From a virus (lineage: Duplodnaviria > Caudoviricetes): a DNA stretch of 64,000 nucleotides. The DNA lies in IMG/VR virus record IMGVR_UViG_3300043077_000173, positions 32,001-96,000 of that record, one strand, 5' to 3'. Below the pieces are notes generated by a model. That model had not been told where the DNA came from. It saw only the letters and a program-made list of their open reading frames with translations, and ran no database searches. The translations under genes were made by a program, and so were the position numbers. Shown here one piece after another: positions 50,179 through 58,634 of the stretch; positions within the stretch are counted from its first letter, which is position 1; each line of letters begins with the position of its first letter.

Positions 50179-50994
50179 ATGCGTCAATTAACTATTTTTC
50201 CAAGCTTATACTGTCCCTTTAATTGTGCTTATTGCATCTTTAAAGATAAACTCTATAGTAAAGAATTACTTTCTTTAGATTCTTTGAAAGAGTTCCTTGT
50301 AAAAGATCATGAAAAATTTGACAAATTTGTTATTGATGGTGGTGATCCATTATCATTGAATGAATCGTATTTCAAATCTTTAGTAAGTATCTTGAAAGAG
50401 TTTAATAAAACGATTACTCTTAGATCGTATCCATATACTCTATTAAATACTCAAGAAGATATCCATTACGATTTCTCATATGATTTTCTCGCAAAAGCTA
50501 TGCCAAATGATGCTTGGGGAAACCTTTACAGCTTCAAGAAACCATTTGACCTTACAATCACTTTATCACCAGCTTTATTCTCATATCATCCAAACGGAAT
50601 TTTAAGAAAATTATCTATGTTGGAAAACCTTAAAAGAGTAGAGTTTGTCCCATACTTTAAAAACAAAAATTCTCAATACGATATCAATAGAAACGATTCA
50701 CTTAAAGAATTTTCAAAACTTTTATTAGGCTCTCAATTAAACGTTCCATTCACAATCGTTAACAAAGAAATTATGAACAAAAAGATTTTAAAATCCTTTG
50801 CAGATCCTATCGATATATGCTTATTTCCAGATGGAAAGCTTTACAAAAAGGATTTTGTAGAGGATTTTCTAACTTTTAAAATGATTGATAACATAGACGA
50901 TGTACAGCCAAACGTTTTACCTGAATCATGTGATATGTATGATAGAAACATTCAGGTATGGTATAGCCAAAACATTTTAACTAAAGATTTTTAG
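50179..50994 (+). CDS. Radical SAM superfamily protein
   Basis: CPFNCAYC (CxxxCxxC) and GGDP. Confidence 0.75.
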   Translation: MRQLTIFPSLYCPFNCAYCIFKDKLYSKELLSLDSLKEFLVKDHEKFDKFVIDGGDPLSLNESYFKSLVSILKEFNKTITLRSYPYTLLNTQEDIHYDFSYDFLAKAMPNDAWGNLYSFKKPFDLTITLSPALFSYHPNGILRKLSMLENLKRVEFVPYFKNKNSQYDINRNDSLKEFSKLLLGSQLNVPFTIVNKEIMNKKILKSFADPIDICLFPDGKLYKKDFVEDFLTFKMIDNIDDVQPNVLPESCDMYDRNIQVWYSQNILTKDF

Positions 50995-52377
50995 TAAACC
51001 AGAAGCACTGGACGTACTCCCACCAGTGGTTATCTGACCAACAATTGATGAAGGATCATCCGTCAGCTTTAACAAATATTGCCCTTTATTATCTGATTTC
51101 TTATAGTTTGAAACAGCAGATGTAGCAGACTGAACCAATGAAATCTCTTGTGAAAACCCTAACTTTCTCAATGTATCCAATGACTGTGATTTTAATACGC
51201 TCCACCTTTCATTTGAAGGAGCATCTAGAATACCTTTGATAAATGATACCGCCGTATCAATCCCCATCGCTGCACCAGATTTATACCGAACGTTTAAGAA
51301 ATTAGCCATTTCTTCTGTAATATTAGCATTTATCATTGACTTGAGATATGCTTTATCGCCAGTCCACGTAACATTGTATGGATTAACGTCTAATAAATCA
51401 TTTGTTATACCTTCGTATTGAAAGGTTACCATTATTTCATTCGGGTTAAATGATCCAACTCTGTTTGTTCCAAATTTTATATCCTGAATTACTGGATTTT
51501 CAATGGTATAAACCATCATTTTATCCATATAGTATTCACAAATCGATATCTTATCAATCATTCTGAAGTTTGAATCAGTATCAAAACCCCAATCACTCTT
51601 ATCATAATCAAAATCATCCGTAACTATTTGTTTACGATAGTTTCGATAATCTTTGCATAAAAAGTTGTTACTAATAAGCTTCAAATATGTGAAAAAGAAT
51701 TGCTCTACAGGGTTGTCTTTAACATCATAAAACGTTACGGTTATAGGATTATATGTTATTTTATCATATACCAAACGTTTTCTATTGTATTCATTATATT
51801 CACTAATTTTAAACGAAACACCTGGCTTATCAATCGATTTAACAAACTTTGATAACTCGAACGATAACTGGTTTAGCAAATACTTTTCTGGCAAATAATC
51901 ACCATACGATTTACTATCCTCCGTCGTTTTTATGCCAGAACTTGAACTACTAGAAGATGATGATGAGGAAAACAAATCTGACACACTCGATAGTCCAACA
52001 CTACTTATTAATGATTTAGCCGCTGATTTAATAGAGCTACTAAGTGTTGATAAAATGTTGTTCGTTGATGTTTCTGATGAACTAGAACTCTCGCTCGATG
52101 TACCATTTACCAAATATTGTACTAATGCTTTCTTTTTTGCAAGCATATTATGCGTTCCGGGATTTAACGAAAAGTAAACAAAGAACATTGTCTCTGTTTT
52201 TGGTAAATTCATTATGGTAGATTGTGTCTGAAAACGCTTTTGACCAGTTGTTGTTATATACTCTGGAATAAAATCAGTACCATAAGTTGTTGCAGCATAA
52301 TTTGAGCCTTCCCCACTTAACAATTTACCAAGAGAAGAATTTTGTAATGATGATGTAAAAGAACTAAATATGCTCAT
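50977..52377 (-). CDS. Tail tube-like / baseplate-tube junction protein (gp48/gp54-like)
   Basis: VKSIDKP...NEYNRKR...KITYNPITVTFYD...VTFQYE; Ser-rich inserts. Confidence 0.6.
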   Translation of the reverse strand: MSIFSSFTSSLQNSSLGKLLSGEGSNYAATTYGTDFIPEYITTTGQKRFQTQSTIMNLPKTETMFFVYFSLNPGTHNMLAKKKALVQYLVNGTSSESSSSSETSTNNILSTLSSSIKSAAKSLISSVGLSSVSDLFSSSSSSSSSSSGIKTTEDSKSYGDYLPEKYLLNQLSFELSKFVKSIDKPGVSFKISEYNEYNRKRLVYDKITYNPITVTFYDVKDNPVEQFFFTYLKLISNNFLCKDYRNYRKQIVTDDFDYDKSDWGFDTDSNFRMIDKISICEYYMDKMMVYTIENPVIQDIKFGTNRVGSFNPNEIMVTFQYEGITNDLLDVNPYNVTWTGDKAYLKSMINANITEEMANFLNVRYKSGAAMGIDTAVSFIKGILDAPSNERWSVLKSQSLDTLRKLGFSQEISLVQSATSAVSNYKKSDNKGQYLLKLTDDPSSIVGQITTGGSTSSASGLLKIFS

Positions 52378-52402
52378 TCGTTAAAACCTTGATTTCCATC
52401 GC

Positions 52403-52414
52403 TAAATATATTTA
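52403..52414. promoter_or_regulatory. Palindromic pair of late promoters serving divergent genes
   Basis: TAAATATATTTA reads TAAATA on both strands, between 52377(-) and 52449(+). Confidence 0.55.
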
Positions 52415-52448
52415 CTAGAATATAAGCGTATATTTTTTAAGGCATACA

Positions 52449-52928
52449 ATGAACAAAAAATTAAATGAAGAATTTAATGTGTTAAGTAATGAGGAAATTT
52501 CTCAATGTACCGATTTACAAAATGCTCTTGAGTTAATCAATAAGGAGAATATTATCACCGAAATTGAACCAATAGAACTCAAGAAATTCTCTGTTGCCAA
52601 AAAAGAAGAAGCAAAAGAGTTAGCAAGTCTTCCTTTTGAAGAACGTTCTGAAAAAGAACTCGATGAAATCTCCGATCAGGCTAATTCCGCTTTTTTAGAT
52701 CTTATGGATATTGCTGTTAACTCAACTGGTAAAGGATGTGCCGATATTGCTTCTGCCGCAAACAGCTTCCTCAACATTAAGCTAAGCACAAAGGTTGCAA
52801 AAATTGACGCAAAAATGAAAAGACTCAATTATGAGCTTGCAAAGCAGAAATTTGAGTCTCTTAATAAGCCAACGTCATCAGACGATGAAGATGATGATGA
52901 CGGTATTGTCATCATCGATGAGCATTAA
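52449..52928 (+). CDS. Possible terminase small subunit
   Basis: Helical 159 aa (ELDEISDQA..AFLDLMDIAVN...AKIDAKMK); family recalled, not verified. Confidence 0.4.
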   Translation: MNKKLNEEFNVLSNEEISQCTDLQNALELINKENIITEIEPIELKKFSVAKKEEAKELASLPFEERSEKELDEISDQANSAFLDLMDIAVNSTGKGCADIASAANSFLNIKLSTKVAKIDAKMKRLNYELAKQKFESLNKPTSSDDEDDDDGIVIIDEH

Positions 52929-54007
52929 TCTTCCGTTTCTTCATTATCCGAATCATTCATATCTTCTGGTTCGTCAATATCTTCCATTTCCATCTCGTTA
53001 CCGTCTTCATCGTAGAAAACGTTCTTAAATGTTGCATTCGTCTGCTCACCAAACGTCGGATTATAACCAATTGACTGCATAATTACTGATTTGATACGGC
53101 TTAAATTCTTTTCTCCATTAAGAATAGCAGTAAATTTGTTTGAAACACACTGTGTCATATACGCAAATGCATTTAATCCTTCTGATTCTTCGAATTTTAA
53201 AGCAACGTCGTATAATTGAACCAACGCAGAACCCTTCATATCATCAATATATGTGTAGCCAGACCAGTTTCCAGACTTTGCATACTGCTCAACAAGCATC
53301 ATGATCATATAAACCAAACCATCTGTTAACCGTCCTTGTGAAACATCATAATGTCCAGACTCAATAGTTTCTCCAGACCAATGACTTCTCAATACTTCTG
53401 TTAAGTATTTCTTAATATTTTCATAAAAGTCTGACGTCAAAGACTTAATTTTTTCAAAGTTTTCTTTAATCTCTTTATCAATCTCATCTTTACGGAGTTT
53501 AAATGGTTCTTGCTTCTTTTTATTAAGCTTATTTAACCGAATATTACGATTAACATCTTTCTTTTCTTCTTTAAGATCAAAAATGTGATTATTCAAGACT
53601 TCAATCTCATCCATATTATGGCCAGATTCTGTGCAAACCTTTTCAAAATCTTCTTTTTTCAAAAGATAATGCTTAAAAGGTTTCATTTTCAAATCTTGAA
53701 GGTTTAATTTCCCATTCTTAAAGGTACAATAATCTAAAACGTGTTCATCAGTCATTACTCGAATAATGATATAATCACGATCAGGTTGTTTTTCAAAAAA
53801 GGTTTTTAAAACATTTGGGGTAATTAACTTATAATCTTTACAAATAATATCGTAATTACCATATTCTGGAGTTTGATAGCAACAATACGTCAACTTTGAT
53901 GCATGTATTTCCGCTAGCAGATTGGAATTTTTTAAAAAATAGCGTTTTTCATTATTTTTCATGAATAAATCCTTAACAATTTTCATTATTGTTAATGACT
54001 GTATCAC
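52925..54007 (-). CDS. Late-transcription sigma factor (gp55-like); start may be the later ATG (MKNNEKRY)
   Basis: YFLKNSNLLAEI, NWSGYTYIDDM, NAFAYMTQ motifs. Confidence 0.75.
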   Translation of the reverse strand: MIQSLTIMKIVKDLFMKNNEKRYFLKNSNLLAEIHASKLTYCCYQTPEYGNYDIICKDYKLITPNVLKTFFEKQPDRDYIIIRVMTDEHVLDYCTFKNGKLNLQDLKMKPFKHYLLKKEDFEKVCTESGHNMDEIEVLNNHIFDLKEEKKDVNRNIRLNKLNKKKQEPFKLRKDEIDKEIKENFEKIKSLTSDFYENIKKYLTEVLRSHWSGETIESGHYDVSQGRLTDGLVYMIMMLVEQYAKSGNWSGYTYIDDMKGSALVQLYDVALKFEESEGLNAFAYMTQCVSNKFTAILNGEKNLSRIKSVIMQSIGYNPTFGEQTNATFKNVFYDEDGNEMEMEDIDEPEDMNDSDNEETED

Positions 54008-54027
54008 AATTTTTTAGAAAAAACAAA

Positions 54028-54294
54028 TTAAAATAGCATTGACCAAACAATATTAGATGTTTGCTTATATGGACCTTTAATATCTTTCCATACAGTTCCA
54101 TCACAAACTTGTAAGCACTTTCTTTCTTTATTGAAACGCATTGCACCAGCATATTTAGAAAGATCTACACCGTTTTCTTCTTCCAAATATTCACCGTTTC
54201 CTAATAAAATGGCACCTTTATTGCCGATTTTAACAATCGCATCATCTGATGTTATAATTTGTCCGTTTTTGTTATCGATATTAATTGAAGCCAT
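54028..54294 (-). CDS. Small tail / baseplate-associated protein
   Basis: GAMRFN....LQVCDGTVW fiber-type motif. Confidence 0.55.
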   Translation of the reverse strand: MASINIDNKNGQIITSDDAIVKIGNKGAILLGNGEYLEEENGVDLSKYAGAMRFNKERKCLQVCDGTVWKDIKGPYKQTSNIVWSMLF

Positions 54295-54297
54295 AGT

Positions 54298-55110
54298 CTA
54301 CACCTTTAATATCTCACCATCAACTTCCCACTGAATCGATGTATTCTTATCGGAAATAGTTGCGTTTACCGTTATAACAAGTTGGTTATCCTTTACTTCA
54401 ACATTGACCGTCCAATCTTTTGCATCATCTGTTTGCCCAATTAGTTCATAAGTTGGTGAGCCAACCATTATTGCATAATCACCGGTTGCTGATACATAGT
54501 TATTGACAAGCAATTTGTAAATCCACGCCGAGCAAGCTGGAACTTTTTTTGTATAATATACCGATTTTGTCGATATTTTTTCAGAAGCCACAATTTTCAG
54601 CGTGATTAAGCCAACTTTTTCACTATCTAAGTCAATCGTATAGCTTCCTTCACCCATACTTTTTGACGTTTCAATAACGCTTGAAACTTTTTGTTTGTGC
54701 ATATAGTTATCAGGACCAATTAAGACCCAATCCCCAAAAGGATCAATAGAATCATCAAAAATGAATAGTTGTTTATCGTCCTGATCATAGAACATGTCAC
54801 CTCTTTGAGGAGATTTTGGCTTCTCAAAATTCAATGAAGCCATTTTTGTCCAAGTTTTTTGGGTAGCATCTGTACAAACGTATAACGAATTATCCGTTTT
54901 GTTAAAGAATATCATACCACTTAATGGATTTTCTGGAGTTGTTGTTCCAGCAAAGTTTTCAACAAGATGAACAAAGTTGTTTGATTGTGTTTCACCATAG
55001 TTTGGAGAAAGTTTACCAATCAAACCAATATTTGATATTGTGTCAAAATCAATGATATTCTCACCAATTTCCTTGATAATTGTTCCGTCTGTCTTTGTAA
55101 TATTGTACAT
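54298..55110 (-). CDS. Baseplate / tail fiber-associated protein
   Basis: LIGK...NYGE...NFVHLVENFA..T.P.NPLSG motif. Confidence 0.65.
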   Translation of the reverse strand: MYNITKTDGTIIKEIGENIIDFDTISNIGLIGKLSPNYGETQSNNFVHLVENFAGTTTPENPLSGMIFFNKTDNSLYVCTDATQKTWTKMASLNFEKPKSPQRGDMFYDQDDKQLFIFDDSIDPFGDWVLIGPDNYMHKQKVSSVIETSKSMGEGSYTIDLDSEKVGLITLKIVASEKISTKSVYYTKKVPACSAWIYKLLVNNYVSATGDYAIMVGSPTYELIGQTDDAKDWTVNVEVKDNQLVITVNATISDKNTSIQWEVDGEILKV

Positions 55111-55145
55111 TCTTTAACGCCTTATTCTTTCACAATTATTTATGA

Positions 55146-58100
55146 CTATTGTCCAATCTTGATATTTGATGAAGTAATATTCGAAATAATCTGTACATCA
55201 TCAATTGTAGCAGATGATAGTAAGATTTCGTCCGCATCACAGTTGATTTCAAATAAATTACCAAACTTATTTGTCGAATATGAAGGAACAATCACTACTG
55301 AACTAATGTTTGAACCAAGTTGTTCGTCAATATACGCCGATAATTTGGTATAATAGAACGTTTGTCCTGGTTCTAGATCTTCAAAATAGTCATCAATACA
55401 GTTAACGCTCAATGTTGTCGTATCACTCTTGATAACTCTAAAGCTTGCCCTCAATTCTGCGTCAGCTTGATTACCAAACAATACTCTGTAATGTATTGGG
55501 TTCCATACCATACTATCAGAAATCATATCATAGTCTTCAAGGTCTGCAAACATCGATCTTAACTCTGTAGCTGTTGGAACTTTTGGAAATTCTCCGCTCT
55601 TACCATTGTTGAGCCAGTTATAAACGTTTGAATAATAATCTGTTGTCAAAACATACATATCAATAATGTTTGTTGGACAAGGATCTATTAAATGCTTATT
55701 TGACGCATAGTGTTGCCAAATGAATGAAATGTTTCCGATACCAGTCTTTGTTGTCCATAAATCTCTTTCATATCTTGTCAACGTTTTTGTTCTATAGTTC
55801 CACGATAATAATTCTTCACCAACAGTTGTAACCTCATAATCGGCTAAATAATCTTCGTCAACGGTTGGATCAATCTCACTTTTCCAAGTAAAATCAACAA
55901 TTTTTCCATCATCAACAATATCATAATCGTATGTATAGCCTTTAGCCCAAGTATGTGGATTATTTTTTGTAGCTACAAGCGTTTCACCATTAGATAATTT
56001 AACTGTCTTTGTTATTGTAACATCATGAGGTAGTTTAGTTCCAGCTGTATATATTGTTCCAGAAATATTACAATGATATAATCCAGAAACTGTTGTATTT
56101 CCCCATAAAGATTCTATCTCAACAACGTTTGAATTATATGAATCATCAATAAAGTACAAATTTTGTGATTTAATTGCTGTCATATCTTGAAACTCAAACG
56201 GATTATCAATAGATTCGTCTTTATCGGAGTTGTATCCATAAACGTATACTTTACGGTTGTCTTCAAAACCGTCTACATAACGTATTGTTTCACATGGTTT
56301 CCAGTAATAATCTCTACTATAACCGTTTATTGATAATACTTTAATGTAATCCTTTGTCGAAAACTCATTTTCAGAAATCTTTGTATCAGTATTAAAGAAA
56401 AACGTTGCTGTATTTGCTGAACCAAAGATGTATTTCAAACTTTTTACATAAAATGAATACATGTTTGGTGAATTATACTCTGCTTTAAAGATCCATGTAT
56501 CATTGCTTAAATCTTCTGCACCAATAATTTCCCAAGATGTTGTAGAATCATTGTATGTCAAACCAAATGATGTTCTTGAATCAATTAGTTCTTGAATACT
56601 ACTGCTAACCGTTGTTGTCAATGATGTTTTGAAAGGATTGAAGTATTCGGTCATAGTCCAAACGTGTTCACTATCATCCTCGCTCAGTACTTCATTTATA
56701 TTAACGGTATAATCAGAGTATGTTAATTCATCGAACTCATAACTGATAATTGATGCCCAGCGTTCTTCTTTTGTCTTACTGTTTATAAAATGAAGCATAT
56801 TACCAGTTTTAATAAACGATTTCATCGCAGAATATTCTGTGTCATAACCATCCGCATCAACGAATATACCAGCACTATTGTTAGATCCTTGTGTATATTT
56901 TTCTCTCCATTTCACAGTCGTGTTCATTTTAACCGATTGATAGTTATCAAAATAATAATTTTTCAAACCATTTGAGTTAATCATCGGTAAAATGTAGTCA
57001 TTAACAACTGTTCGAGAATTTGTTGTCGTATCTACTGTTATATCATTTGATTCAATGATATTGTCTTTGTATAGATAGCCATCTTCCGCAAGAATATTTA
57101 AATCCTGATATGTACCAGTTCCTTCATTAAACTGAATATACCTAGAGTTTCCAGAATAGTTTCTAACAACGGCTTTACATTTTTTTATCAATGTACCATA
57201 TGATTTTGGGAAATTGTTGTAATCTTCACCAGTTACCATACGGTTTTGTGTTGAATAAACTCTTGGAGCATTTTCACGAATTGTTTCGACTTGTTCTTGA
57301 ACAACGGATTGTCTAATATGAGAAATATCTTGTACACTAAAGTTAAGCGTTAAGTAATAAATGTTCTCATCAGTCGTATTGTTTGAATAATATGGAATCT
57401 TTACAGAAACATTTTTAATGTCAGCAGGTTTAATGTAAAGGTTTGAGTTACCATGTGATACACGATACCATACCCTGAATACACCATAAGGAATTGTTCC
57501 AAAATTTCCATCAGAGAATCTTAAAATAATCGTATCATTATCTCTTGTTTCAACCTTAAAGACATCTCGTACATCATTATCAGTGTTATTGTAATCAAGA
57601 TATTCTGTGTTGGCAATCTTTGTCCAGTTACTCTTTACAAGACCCGTAGAAGAGTTTAACTCCTGAAACCATACATCATATTCATTGATATTTGATGTAT
57701 CGATTTCATAACTATTGTTCTCAATCTTGTTGCTAAAGTTTATAACTTGATAATTTAATGTACCCTGTTTCCAATATACGAAGAAACCAGTATTTTTTGA
57801 ACTATTTCCAGATCCATCATTTCTGTAAAGAATATGAAATGCTTGTTCAGGAGTTGGAGTACGTTCATCCAAAACGTTTAAGGTCGTATCAATATCAGCA
57901 TTTACTACTTCAAAGTTTTGCGAACTACCATTTACGGCAGCCGAGAAAGAATATGCACATTTTGTACTTGATACATTGTTTATTTGATAAAGTTGTGTCG
58001 AAACAGTGTCAACAACAGCTTTTTTTAATGGTTTACCATAGGGATTCGTTGAGGTAAATGCCGAATTAAGGATTAATAAGAAATGCTCTAACCAATCTTC

Positions 58101-58532
58101 ATCCGTTGAATCGTTCCATGTAACGGTTGTATCCTTTAAAGATTTTCCAAGCATATCAACAACTGGTTGGGTTGTAGAAATTGATGTAAGCTTTGCTATA
58201 CCATTTGCACAAATATTTCTTTTAGGCGAATAAGAAAGCATTTTAGTAAAGTTTAATAATGATTGCTTTCTCTCTGTTGTTGAAGGGAACACATCATGAG
58301 CATTTAAGTCAACTCTATAATGAATGCTTTCACCAAGATATGCTAAACCATTAGCAAAAATTCCGGCTTCACTACTTTACGCCCAGTCATTATAGTTTTC
58401 AGGGTTATTAACAGTTACATAGTATCTAATAACCTCTTTTAACGAATCAAAATCACCAGCAACAAAGTTTACAACGTTCTTATACTTGTCATAAATGTCT
58501 GTCCAAGACTCGGAATAGTTTGTAATGCTCAT
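55146..58532 (-). CDS. Baseplate wedge protein (gp6-like) interrupted by one in-frame TAA at 58377-58379
   Basis: ORF-track pieces 58377..58610 and 55146..58292 are in the same frame; continuous gp6-like text DFDSLK...NDWA*SSE...DLNAH...LSYSPKR; FSDGNFG, TQNRMVTGEDY. Confidence 0.8.
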
Positions 58533-58634
58533 ACTTATTTTCCTTAACCAATATATAGAATATTTATTACTCACAAAAGAGTTACTAAACCCATTTATCA
58601 TAAATACCATTATAATAGTTTAAGGTATTTTAAA

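Noticed and set aside
55395-55430. Possible short in-frame deletion near the wedge C-terminus (TTTLS|VNCID)
   Set aside because: Based only on recollection of homologs; cannot be supported without an alignment.
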